Shown here piece by piece: positions 1 through 11,402 of a DNA stretch of 64,000 nucleotides. The position numbers and the translations under genes are program-made. The notes under the pieces are model-generated. The model made no database searches. It was not told the origin of the DNA and worked only from the letters and a program-made list of their open reading frames with translations. Each line of letters opens with the position of its first letter. The first letter of the stretch is position 1. This stretch comes from Heptranchias perlo (Eukaryota), in the NCBI RefSeq assembly GCF_035084215.1, contig NC_090348.1, forward strand, positions 44,888,001 through 44,952,000. The letters are read 5' to 3'.

Positions 1-910
1 TAAACACTTCATGCATGTATGGTTCTGTGCATATGTGAGCAGGTCTATATGTGTCCATGCAATGCCATGTGGCTCGGTACACATATGAACAGGTCCTCTG
101 AGTCAGAAGGTTGTGGGTTCAATTCCCACTCCAGCGACTTGAGCACAAAATCTAGGCTAACACTCCCAGTGCAGCACTGAGGGAGTGCTGCACTGTCGGA
201 GGTACCGTCTTTCGGATGAGACGTTAAACCGAAGCCCTGTCTGCTCTCTCAGGTGGATGTAAAAGATCCCATGGCACTATTTCGAAGGAGAGCAGGGGAG
301 TTCTCTCCGGTGTCCTGGCCAATATTTATCCCTCAACCAACATCACTAAAAACAGATGATCTGGTCATTATCACATTGCTGTTTGTGGGACCTTGCTGTG
401 CACAAATTGGCTGCCACCTTTCCTACATTACAACAGTGACTACACTTCAAAAAGTAATTAATTTGCAGTAAGGCGCTTTGGGATGTCCTGAGGCTGTGAA
501 AGGCGCTGTATAAATGCAAGTCTTTCTTTTCTTTCTTTCTCCACATGTCCAAACAGTGCTCGTGTGGTTCTGTGCATGTGTGAGCAACAACAACTTGGAT
601 TTATGTAGCACCTTTACTGTTGTAAAACATTCCAAAGCGGTTCAAAGGAACGTTAGCAAACAAAATTTGACAGGTCCTTCACATGTACAAACAGCGCCCG
701 TGTGGCTCTGTTCATGCATGAAAAGTCCTTTGCTTACTCCAAACAGTGCTTATGTGGCTCTGTACATGTGTAAGCAGGTCTTTTGAATGTCGATGCATGT
801 ACAAGCAATGCTCGTGTGGCTCTGTGCATGCGTGAGCAGGTGCTTTGCATGTCGATATGTGTATAAGCAATGGTTGTGTGGCTCTGTGCATGTGTGAGCA
901 CGTCCATGCA
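1..910. repeat. Degenerate ~58-bp tandem repeat (CATGTACAAACAGTGCTCGTGTGGCTCTGTGCATGTGTGAGCAGGTC...) interrupted by the SINE
   Basis: Unit recurs at 1-95 and 540-910. Confidence 0.65.
95..530 (+). mobile_element. tRNA-derived SINE, SacSINE1/DeuSINE-like
   Basis: B-box-like GGTTCAATTCCC, conserved central body (GATCCCATGGCACTATTTCGAAG...GTCCTGGCCAATATTTATCCCTCAACC) and tail GGCGCTGTATAAATGCAAGTCTTTC; the same element recurs at ~22465, 34243, 42850, 52125, 53275. Family name is from recall, not from a search. Confidence 0.8.
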
Positions 911-1968
911 GTGAATACCGAAAACATTAACATTTTTCAGATTCTGTTGATACGTGATGTTTCAGATGCAATGCATGAATCTACAAATATTTGAAATACA
1001 TAAAAGATCCCTGCCTTACAGATGGAGATTTTCTGTTGGTCGGTTAGTGGCTTTCATCCCATGTGTAGATAAACGTAAATAAAATAAAAATAATTAGTTG
1101 GAGTGAAATGAATTTTGTTTTGGTCAGCTGGGTGTCGAGCACACATGGAAGCCCATCAATCATGTGTATGGACAATGAGTAATCCACACAAATAAAATTT
1201 CTAATTTCCTGATATGGAGTTCACATCTCTTCCCACCGGGACACACCCCCACTGATCTAAAATCATAGAGTTTAGGTGTGGATTGGTAAAATTAAGGTTT
1301 TAGGATCCCAACAGTATTGCTGGAATTTTACCAGCTAAGACTGTGTAGCTTGCCAACACAAAGCACTGGTAAGCTTCCTGCTACCTTTTCAGCTTGGACC
1401 ACCCTGCATTGGTTTCCAGGACTGAATGTTAAACTCTTGTAGTGCGATGGGATTAATTTAAACCATTTCCTTCAACAGTCGGCGGTGGTATTTACCAACT
1501 GTTCAGGTGAGAGCTTGAACTCTGGTTCGGTTACAATCGCACAATTACAAACTGTTTTCCCGCCCACTATTATCGAGAAGAATAGAGGATTGTGCTGGCG
1601 AGGAATCTATTCGAATCGGAATGGAATAAAGAGATTCTCAGATAAATAAGATGTGACCAGAAGCAAAGTAATGTCACCGGAGCGCACAGTTTCAGCAGCC
1701 ATTTGGACGGTTACTTTATGTGAAAAAAAAATTATTGAGAATAGAAGCAAAGACTGAAATAACGGGACTTGATAGAAAGTATCACAGTTACAGAACCAAA
1801 AATTACTTCACAGTGGGCCGATATTAGTCACTCACTGGATAAGCTTGCTATGTCAGCTGGAGAACTGCAAAAAAAATAATTCAAAGGAAGTTTAATTTAA
1901 AAAGGGAAGCATTCCGCCGAGCATGGGGAACAATTGCTCTGCTCGATCCTTTTAGTAACAGCGTAAAT

Positions 1969-2135
1969 TCAGTCATGAAGACCTCCTCTGTTTGGCACCT
2001 GTAGCAAAATCGTAAACAGGTTCAACAAACCCATCCCGAACATTACTTCAAATAGTACACGGGGCACGGGTTTAAACATGTACAAGACAAATTTACTACT
2101 GATGTCAGGAGGTTCTTCACAAAGAGTGATATGGA
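1969..2135 (-). CDS. Candidate connecting-peptide/transmembrane exon of the IgSF gene (unconfirmed)
   Basis: Possible acceptor ...CCTACCCAAAAG|TC; phase-1 reading gives VHITLCEEPPDISSKFVLYMFKPVPRVLFEVMFGMGLLNLFTILLQVPNRGGLHD*. Only moderately hydrophobic and the acceptor is weak. Confidence 0.3.
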
Positions 2136-2369
2136 CTTTTGGGTAGGATAGTGGAGACAAAAATCCACTAATCAATTAGAAACAATCGGATGGCGAGATG
2201 TGGGGTCAGGACTAGCACTGTCTTTGGGGATAGGCTGATTGGCCTTCCTTATCAGTATCTATCTTGCCCATAGCAAGTAAAGCAATTCTTCCCCCGTGTA
2301 TTAAAAGCAAATTGTACTCTTGAAAATAGACACTCTGAATAAGCTGATAAGGTTATATCCAACCCTCAC

Positions 2370-2690
2370 CTCCTGTGTGTACAGCAATGAGGACTGTGCG
2401 ATTCATCTCCGACTGTGATGCTGGATGTTGAACTGTACAAGTGAACTCAGCTGAGTCGGTGCAGTTTTCGGTGGAGATGCTAACGATTGCTGTATGGTTG
2501 TAGGTTCCATCGGGGTTGGATGAGTTGATTTGACTGGTGAGCTGGCTGGTGAGCTGGATGGTGAGGCAGGTTGCTTGGGTCCTCATTGTGATGATATTTG
2601 GATAGAAACCGTACGCTGTACATGTGACAGTGACTGAAGGTGAAGAAGCAGTTTTTTCAGAAGATGCAAGTAGCGAAAGAGAAGGACGAG
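2370..2690 (-). CDS. IgSF V-C1 receptor gene, exon 3: C1-set constant domain
   Basis: Acceptor TTATAACCAG|CT, donor G|GTGAGG, phase 1/1; ARPSLSLL...VTVTCTAYGFYPNIITM...NPDGTYNHTAIVSI...FTCTVQHPAS (C1 motifs CxAxGFYP, NxDGTY, FTCxVxH). Confidence 0.9.
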
Positions 2691-3519
2691 CTGGTTATAA
2701 AATGAAGGGCAGAGAGGTGAATTAGCAATAGAATTAGACTGATGTGAGATCAGTATGTCACTGAACTATCCAGACTTCAGAGCTAATAAAACAAGTTTAT
2801 ATTATCTTACACCAGTAGTTCTAAACATAAACATTTCTAGAAATCAATTACGACCTTTTTAGGGGGTACCAAACATTTGCATGTTTTTATTTTCATCCAA
2901 TCTCTGGATTTTTTTCGGTCTTTCGCCAGTCTGGTAACTGCATTTTTGCATTTTAAGTTTAATCTTTTCCTCTTTCCTGATTTTGTTCCCCTCTCGGTCC
3001 TCAGACTCCATTCCAACCCGCCCACCCCGATCTCATCCTATCCCCACTGTTGTTTCTGCCCTGTCAGGACTGCCCTTGATTCTTGCTGTTTTCAGGCATT
3101 CTCCAGCCTAACCCCGCTCCAGCATCTGCTGCCGTTCGCTCAATTTTCCCTGCCTCAGTCGGCCTCCTGCCTCTGCCCCGCTGACTCCACGCTGCCCCAC
3201 AACCACTCCCAGATCTTGCTGTTTCTTTCATCGACTCTATCAACCTTTTAGATGTCTCATTTCCTTCCCCCTGTGACCACCATCAATTGCATAAATGATA
3301 TACCATTGACTGGTATACTACCCATACATCACCATCAAGTGAATGAGCAAGTGATACACCATTCTTTGGTACACTAACAATACCACCACCAACATGTCAA
3401 CTACATCAGATACCCTAACAGCTGAGATTTAAAGCAACATTGCGGAGATTAGTCTCAGTGCCCAAAGCATTGAATTAGTTAAACTGGGATAAATTGGATG
3501 AAAGTGACCTCTTTCAGAG

Positions 3520-4665
3520 GAGATCTAAATAAGAGAAACAAAAGAGATTGTGAGAATAGATTAGCAGGTATCATAAAAGGGAAACCAAAAATCTTTTTAT
3601 AAACATATAAATAGTAAAAGGTTAGTCAAAGGAAGCATGGGGCAAAAACGGAGATCTTGTGGAGGCAGAGGGCATGGCTGAGGGACTAAATGAATACATC
3701 GCATTGGTCTTCACTAGAGAAGAGGATGCTGCCAATGTAGCAGTAAAGGAGGAGGTAGCAGCGATATTGGATAGGATAAAAATAGATTAAGAGGAGGTAC
3801 TAAACGGTTGGCAGCGCTCAAAGTAGAAAAGTCACCCGGTCCAGATGGGATACATCCTCGGCCACTGAGGGAAGTAAGGGTAGAAATTGCAGAGGCTCTG
3901 GCCACAATCTTCCAATCCTCCTTCGATATGGGCTTGGTGCCAGAGGACTGGAGGATTGCAAATGTTACATCCCTGTTCAAAAAAGGGAGAGGGATAAACC
4001 CAGCAATTACAGGCCAGTCAGCTTAACGTCGGTGGTGGGGAAACTTTTAGAGATAATAATCCGGGACAAAATTAATTGGCACTTGGAAAAGTGTAGGCTA
4101 ATAAATGAAAATCAGAACGGATTTGCTAAAGGAAAACTGTGTTTAACTAACTTGATTGAGTTCTTTGATGAAGTAATGGAGAGGGTTGATGAGGGTAGTG
4201 TGGTTGATGTGTATATGGACTTTCAAAAGGCATTTGATAAAGTACCACATAATAGACCTTTAAGCAAAATTAAAGCCCATGGGATTAAAGGGACAGTGGC
4301 AACATGGATACAAAATTGGCAAAGGGACAGAAAGCAGTTTTTCAGACTGGAGAGAAGTATACAGTGTGTTCCCCAGGGGGTCGGTATTAGGACAATTGCT
4401 CTTTTTGATATATATTAATGACCTGGACTTGGGTATACAGGGTATAATTTCAAAGTTTACAGATGATTCAAAACTCGGGAATGTAGTAAACAATGTGGAG
4501 GATAGTAACAGACTTCAGGAGGACTTGGACAGACTGGTGAAATGGGCAGACACACGGCAGATGAAATTTAACGCAGAGAAGTGTGAAGTTATATATTTTG
4601 GTAGGAAGAATGAGGAGAGGCAATACAAACTAAATAGTACAATTTTAAAGGGGGTACAGGAAAAT
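3520..4665 (+). mobile_element. CR1 LINE ORF2 (RT) fragment, degraded, in intron 2 of the IgSF gene
   Basis: KSPGPDGIHPR, DFQKAFDKVPH, GSVLG..LFLIYINDL, KFTDD with frameshifts. Confidence 0.9.
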
Positions 4666-5564
4666 ATCGAGTTATCACCGGAGTTGATGGTTATTCTACC
4701 TTCCATTTTACCATAAACTCCAACATCCAATAGATGTGCAAAAGTAATGCACAGAAAGAACAATATTCTTACAGTGATACTGCATTTCATTAAATAAAAT
4801 GCTTAGTTAAGCAAATACACCATTAGTTACAATAATAAAAACACATAAAATATTATGCTATATGAAAGAAAATACAGACAAGTAATCATAAGGAGCATTT
4901 AAAAAAGAATAGTTCCTCTGTGGATTTAATTTATACTATTGGATTTCCTTTTTAATGTCAGAATCAAAGTAGAAATGGGGGCAGATAATTCAATGTCCAC
5001 TGTGTAATATTAGGGTATTAGGAAAATTATATTATTGTTAAAAAGCAATCCATTATAGCAGCTATCAATTATTAAATTAATACTGTTATCAATAATAAAT
5101 TGTGTATTCAACAGTGATTTTTCTTTTAAAATTTGCTGCTATACCGTAGTTTACAAACTAATAAATAAGTAGGTAACACAACACCAAACCCATCCTTCTC
5201 TTCTCAATATAAAACAGTATTTACTGCACTGCTGAGTAAACTGGCTTTTTTATATTTCTTTTTTTATGTTTTGTATGGGATTTGCATTTTTAAACAGTAT
5301 CGTCCGTTAGAATCTACAATTGGTTCCTGTTATTTAATTAACCTTTATTCAGCACAGAATTCAATTCACCCGTGAAGAATGTGAAAGGGACAATGTGTAC
5401 AGTTCCCTGCAGATATTTCATTTTCATGGATAATCGTGAAATCCCATGAGCCATCTTTAAAAACTACATCACTTGGTAAAACTCTTGCAATCTGTCCTCC
5501 TTTCAATGTGCTGCAAGGGAAATTATCTTTGTTCTAAAGTATACCAAACTGACTCTAGAAAGTT

Positions 5565-5680
5565 AAAACAAAAAACTGCAGATGCAGGAAATCTGATGAT
5601 GAGTTACGCCTGAAACATTAACTTGTCATTTCTCTCGCCACTGATGCTGTGCCTGACCTGCTGAGTGTTTCCAGCATTTT
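5565..5680 (+). mobile_element. Short non-autonomous Penelope-type insertion with 16-bp TSD
   Basis: CTGACTCTAGAAAGTT duplicated at 5549-5564 and 5681-5696; internal degenerate CTGATGA...GAAAC core; related partly palindromic repeats at ~39770-39950, 46560-46745, 53710-53810. Confidence 0.6.
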
Positions 5681-5899
5681 CTGACTCTAGAAAGTTGTTA
5701 AGCCCAACTAATAAGGTAAAGAAACTAGTACATACATAGAATTACATAGAATGTAAAGCACAGAAACACACCATTCGGCCCAACAGGTCTATGCCAGTAT
5801 TTATGCTCCACACGAGCCTCCTCCCTCCCTACTTCATCTAACCCTATCAGTAATTTCATTACTGTAAATACATATAATGTGCTAAGAGGGAGAATGGGG

Positions 5900-6420
5900 A
5901 AAAAATTTCAAGAAACATCAAAAGTAAGAGTAAGATATTTTACAAGAATAGCTTTAAAAAGAAAATTGTTAAAAGCGAGGTGAAGCCCAGGAAGAGAGGA
6001 TTGTCAATTTGTAGATGATAATCAAAAGATAGCCGAGGTATTTAATGAGTACTTCATGTTGGTCTTTACTAAAGAGAAGGATCTCAGGGAGGAGATGAAT
6101 CCTGAAATGGTTGAGAGTGAGATGAGTGATATTGTGATATCCAGGGCCTGATGGGATGCAGCCTAGGATCCTGAACGAGATAAGGGAGGAAATTGCAGAG
6201 GCCCGAAATTATATTTCAAGGCTTAATTGAGTGTTGATGTGTGCCGGAGGACTGGAGAGTGGCCAATGTAGTACCCAATTTTAAAAATGTAGACAGCTAA
6301 TCTGGGCAATTACAGGCCAGTTAGCTCAACTTCTGTGGTAGGGAAAATTTTAGAGTCTTTAATTAAAGATAAAGAGAAAATAGTTAGAAATAGCCAGCAT
6401 TGATTTCAAAAGGGAGGAAA
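5900..6420 (+). mobile_element. Old CR1 LINE fragment
   Basis: DNA similarity to the CR1 VPEDWRVANVVPIFK and NYRPVSSTSVVGKIL segments. Confidence 0.7.
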
Positions 6421-7196
6421 ATTATGGACATTGGTTAGCAATGGGAAAAAGTATGTTAGCACTAGCTCAGAGTGTTCCTCACCACTTTATTCATATCAAT
6501 TCTGTTAAAGTTGGTCCACTGAGAAAAGTGCAATTCATTTTTAGGGCAGAGTAGAGGGAATTTTAATTTATATATAATGATTTGGTGCAGATACTAGTTG
6601 TCAGTATTCTATTCTCCAGCATTGTTAGCTCAAACATTGGTGAACACTGCAGCCCCCACCCCCAAAAAATGAAAAGAGGTAAACGGATTGAATCCATTAA
6701 TGGGGCAGTAATGTGCAGTAGTTTTCCAGCCTTGTACCATTGATGTGTCCTTTTTTATTTTTATTTTTGTTTTTACATTTATTTTTGCCTCCTTTCTCCA
6801 CCCATTTTTTTCCTTTCTCCTCTCCTGAAGGCATTGACTCTTTGCTGGGGTACAGTGTCAGAGGTGCCCTCCAACACCTCACCCGTGTGCGACCCTGGGG
6901 AGTGAATGTCACGAGGCTGTTCTGCCATGGAGACCCTGATTCTGTCCTCAACCAACATCACACATATGCACTTCCATCTGGAACACTGGATGGGGCACTG
7001 ATGGTAAATGTAGCACTCCTACCGTCATGCTGGCTAAGAACAGCTAACTCACCATAGACTGACGACCAAACCTGAGATCTTTCACATTTGTATGACTGAC
7101 ACACAATTGTATAAAATTAATTACTGCTAAAGTTTGCATGAATCTTCCGAATAATATTGCCAAAGAATCTAATTCATACAGTTATAAAATAATTAC

Positions 7197-7556
7197 CGAT
7201 TACACTCAGCTGCGTTCCATTTCCCTTTGCTTTAACATTTGGCGGAGGTGCGGTCTGAAACACCTCACAGTGATAGACTCCAGTGTCACTGGCTTGAACA
7301 TCAGCAATCCATAAGGTGAATGCTTTCTGACTGGAGTTGTGCATTGCAGAATATCGAGAACAAGCCACCCGGGGTTTATTGGTCGATAAGTTTGCGATGA
7401 TCTTGGGAGAACTTGGGTCATCATTGTGGAAATGCCACCATGCTGTGAATCTTGTTAGAGCAGGTATTGAGTAGGAGCAATTCAACGTGATGCAGTCTCC
7501 TTTAGTGGCAACAAGAGTATGAGGCTGCTGTAAATCCAGACCAATCCACTTTCCAG
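7197..7556 (-). CDS. IgSF V-C1 receptor gene, exon 2: V-set domain with germline-joined J-like strand (NKp30/CD28-family-like)
   Basis: Acceptor TCTTTTCCAAG|CT, donor G|GTAATT, phase 1/1; translation AGKWIGLDLQQPHTLVATKGDCITLNCSY...AWWHF...FTLWIADVQASDTGVYHCEVFQTAPPPNVKAKGNGTQLSVI with canonical C, W, DxGxYxC and GxGT. Confidence 0.92.
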
Positions 7557-8746
7557 CTTGGAAAAGAGATTCAGAAAAAGTAATTACAGTATGTCATATA
7601 CTGGGGTTAAAATCTCACTGTGCAATATCAGTAATGAATGTGAATGCGTTTGTATGCAACTCCTCTGTTGTTTTCATTGAAAGGGTGAACTCATTTAATT
7701 CCTTTGTTTAAATAGAGGATACATTTTTTTTACCTGTTCACATTAATGTGTCAGTTACTAAATATCATACATCACATTTTCAACCCATTGGGGTATGATT
7801 TTAAAGCTGCTCCTGTAAATGCTAAAAAAGTGAACAGAGAAGTTCAGTACAATGTGTTAAGCATTCATACTGGAACAGAGCTGCTCACAAAATACCCGAT
7901 TGAGTGCTACATAAGAACAACACTGGTCTCAAAATATAACTGATTTGCACCATATAAGAACGAGGCTGCTCACGAAATACCCTATTGAGTGCTATATAAG
8001 AGCATAAGAAAGTATGTAATTGAAAAATATTATTTGCTGTACCCACCTTAATAACCGAGAATATTATGATATTTTAATAAAAGTGCATTATAGAGACACA
8101 AAGCAACACAGCAAGTACCATGATATGTATGAGGGGTACATAGCACTGAATGGTGGTTTCTGCAAACTGAATTGAGGAATATTGACGACTGGCTCACAAA
8201 TGGCAAAAGCACAAGTGATTTAAGCATCTGTAAACCGAATAATTTATTTTGTGTAAATCACCAAATTTCTGACTTCTACAATGCTTGTTTTTGGAGAGTC
8301 TAAATCTGTTTTTCACAGATTTCAGCTGGATTTATCAGTACAGATGCAGTGAAAGGCTGTGACATGCTACACAATGAAATTAAAAATTGGCAATAAAATC
8401 AGGTCAAGGTTAATTTCAACACCAGTGAAATTTTTGTCAAATATATATATATAGATGGAAATAAATTGGACAACAGTAGTTTATGAAAAACAAAACCACT
8501 CCTGTCCTGGTTTGAAAAACGTGATACCAAAAACTCAGTGGAGAAATAAATCATGTGTAACACAAATCCACGTCGTGTAAATTAAACTCAAACAGCCGAC
8601 AATTGACTCACCTCAATATTAGCAATGTCGTCATTCATTATAAATGTCACATTTTATAGTTATTTACAGCTGTAACTTTAAATTTAGTGTCTATCCAACT
8701 TTGATTTTTCAAACTTTGATTAAAGTATTATCTTTGGGTCCCATAC

Positions 8747-8795
8747 CTGTAAACGGTATCAACAGCAGTAGGAAAAGGCAGAATAATGTCGCCAT
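8747..8795 (-). CDS. IgSF V-C1 receptor gene, exon 1 (signal peptide)
   Basis: ATG at 8795; MATLFCLFLLLLIPFT(A) hydrophobic leader; phase-1 donor G|GTATGG. Confidence 0.85.
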
Positions 8796-9319
8796 GTCAC
8801 GCAAAGATGAAGTCACTCTTTAGAAATCACTAGATGAACTGGCTTCATCCTGTGAAACTCTCAACAACCCCAGCCCAGCTCAGCTCAGCCCATTTCCTGT
8901 AAATCACAAGATAATCTGTTACCTTGTACAAAAGGATATGGAACAATGGGTGAAAGTGTCTGTGCAAGACACTTAATGGCAGGGCATAATGGTTGCAAGT
9001 GCTGCCAGATCCCAGATGAGTCCTTTCTACAACGAAAGGCTAACCGAATGCACCACTGGTTTATATGCAGCTTTGACTGCAAGAAGAGCTGGATATGTGA
9101 AATTCCTTTGCTATGATTTTACATCAGATCAGTTTGTCATTGCCTTGGGTTTTGATCTTTATTATGTCACAGGGATTGAGCCCACTAAAGAAGATTTTAG
9201 CGCAGCTAAGCTGAAGCAACTTTTTTAGCAATCTGCATGACAAGCAACCACATATTTCTGTGCAGTTTGTTACATGAAAGTGTATTAATTAAACATATCA
9301 ATTAATGCTGGGGATTCAG

Positions 9320-10180
9320 GGCTTTATGCCTACCAGTTTGTGGGAGGATCCAGGCAGGTGTCATTTTCTCGTGCACACAATCTCTCAGTATAAGGCTGAT
9401 TCTTCCATCCGTTCATATAAATGGCAGCCAGGGACAGTACTGTTGATGGAAGTGGATTGAAAGAACTCCATTGGAAGATTTATAGCAGCATTTTGAATGT
9501 ATTTCTCAACTTTTTTTTCCTTGGCTTTGTTTCTGTTTCTTCCCTGTTTCGACTTCAGTGGTCATGAGTCCTTGGGTCAATTGTTGTGACACTGCCATTC
9601 TTTTGCTATCTGCGTATTAGTGGATATGAACAATGGACCTCCCCTTGGGAATCCCCCATGTGCTTTCTGAAGGTAAAAGAGGGGCAATGGAGTGGTGCCA
9701 GGCAGATGAGGTTGCACCATAGGACGATTGAGCAGTCCCATCTGCGTCAATTTCACCAGAGAGAGTTGTGTCACATATTGTAATTTGACCTGCAATCAAA
9801 CTCCACTACAGGTCACTTCAGCCCTTACCATGCGTGCTTTATGTTCATTCCAAGCGTGATGCACTGCTATCCTATGCGAAGAATGTCATGGAGAGATAAG
9901 CCAGCTCGTGGATCATAATATCCCATGAAACAGGGAATCCACATCAATCCACTTCTATCAATAGTACTGTCCCTGGCTGCCATTTATATGGGTGGGTAGA
10001 TGAATCATCACAGTAACCTGGTTGCTAGTTATATAGGTGGTATACGAATTAGCACAGTCACTGGGTGCCCCTTATATGAGCGGGTGGATGAATCAGCCTT
10101 ATACCGGCTTAAATGCCGAGAGATCGTGCTGAGAGAAAATGACCCCTGCCTGGATCCGCCCACAAGCTGGTGGGCACTTC
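9320..10180. mobile_element. MITE-like element with long imperfect inverted repeats
   Basis: 9325-9460 (GGATCCAGGCAGG...ATATAAATGGCAGCCAGGGACAGTACT...GAAGTGGATTGA) is approximately the reverse complement of 9945-10175 (TCAATCCACTTC...AGTACTGTCCCTGGCTGCCATTTATAT...CCTGCCTGGATCC). Confidence 0.7.
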
Positions 10181-10240
10181 TGGTGCAATTCAAAAATCCT
10201 ACTGCAATATTGAAGAAGGCATTAACTGGGCAGAGATCTA

Positions 10241-11402
10241 GGCCCTGATATTTATGGAGAGGTGGGGAGGGAGTGGGGGTGGGGGTGGGTGCTTGTAGCT
10301 GGCGGGAAACCCAGAAGTGCGGGGAACGTGGAGGTCCTGCCGAATTTAACGGCAAGGCTTCATTTGATTTTTTTTTCCTCCGTTTCTCGGCCGGTAGCCG
10401 GTCAGATTGAGAGGCTGGCTGTCGGGCGGGAAAGCCTGCGGCACAAGGCCTTAGCCGGGGCCTGGAGAGGAGGGAGGGAAAGATCGCAGGGGAGAGTGAG
10501 TAGAGATCGCGGGGGTGGGGGGGAGAGAGAGATCATGGGGGGGGGTGCGGGGGAAGAGATTGTGGGGGTAGGGGGGAGAGAGATCATGGGGGGGTGGGAG
10601 AGAGATTGTGGGGTGGGGGAGAGATTGTGGGGTGGAGGAGAGATTGTGCAGGTTGGGGGGAGAGATCATGGGGGAGAGATTGCGGGGGTGGTGGGGAGAG
10701 AGATCATGGGGGGGTGGGGGAGAGATTGTCGGGTGGGGGAGAGATTGTGCGGGTAGGGGGGAGAGATCATGTGGGAGGTGGGGGGAGAGATTGCGGGGGT
10801 GGGGGGGGAGAGAGATCATGGGGGGGTGGGGGAGAGATTTTGGGGTGGGGAAGAGATTGTGCGGGTAGGGGGGAGAGATTGTGGGGGAGGTGGGGGGAGA
10901 GATTGTGGGGGTAGGAGGGAGAGATCGTTTGGGGGGGACAGTGGAGATCTTGGGGGTGCGAGTGGGGGGGAAGAAATATCAGGTCGGCCGAGAGATCGCG
11001 GGGGCTGGAGTTGGCCTAGAGATCGCACGGTGGGTGGCTCGGCTGATCGCGGGGGTGGAGGGTGTGGGGGTCGGATCGCGGGGAGGGAGGCCGATCATGC
11101 TAGCTTAGCTTGAGGGGCCTGGGGAAGCACTCCTGCTCCTCCTGGCCCACAAGCAGTGCTATAAAAACTGCTGGACTGTAGGACCAGAACCTGCTGGATC
11201 CGGCCGTTTTCACCTCCCTTCAGCTGTCGGGTTTCCCCAAGCCCTGGGAAACTGATCCTGCCTCTCGAGAGAAGGTTATTTGCCTGTCCCCCACCCCCCC
11301 CTCCCCGGTTAAAGCGGAAGTAGGCGGGTTGAGGTCGGGTGTCACATCTCTACCCCATTTTCTGCCAGTTTTATCAGGCATAACTGATTGGAAAATCAGG
11401 CC
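10241..11402. mobile_element. Non-autonomous DNA transposon (Harbinger-like ends) with internal G-rich tandem array
   Basis: Left TA|GGCCCTGATATTT, right AAAATCAGGCC|TA; internal ~18-20-bp G-run repeats (GGGGGAGAGATTGTGGGG) at 10490-11090. Confidence 0.6.

Noticed and set aside
2877-3251. 124-aa hydrophobic + strand ORF in the IgSF intron
   Set aside because: Low-complexity pyrimidine-rich sequence with no domain motifs or splice support
6697-7057. ORFs adjacent to the V exon
   Set aside because: No recognisable motifs; looks like degenerate interspersed repeat
7266-7272. Perfect RSS heptamer CACAGTG at the V-domain YHC codons (others at 1809 and 7616)
   Set aside because: No nonamer at 12 or 23 bp; expected by-product of the YxC codons; J strand is already joined, so no evidence of V(D)J rearrangement
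10262-11113. Many overlapping Gly/Pro-rich ORFs
   Set aside because: Artefacts of the G-rich tandem repeat
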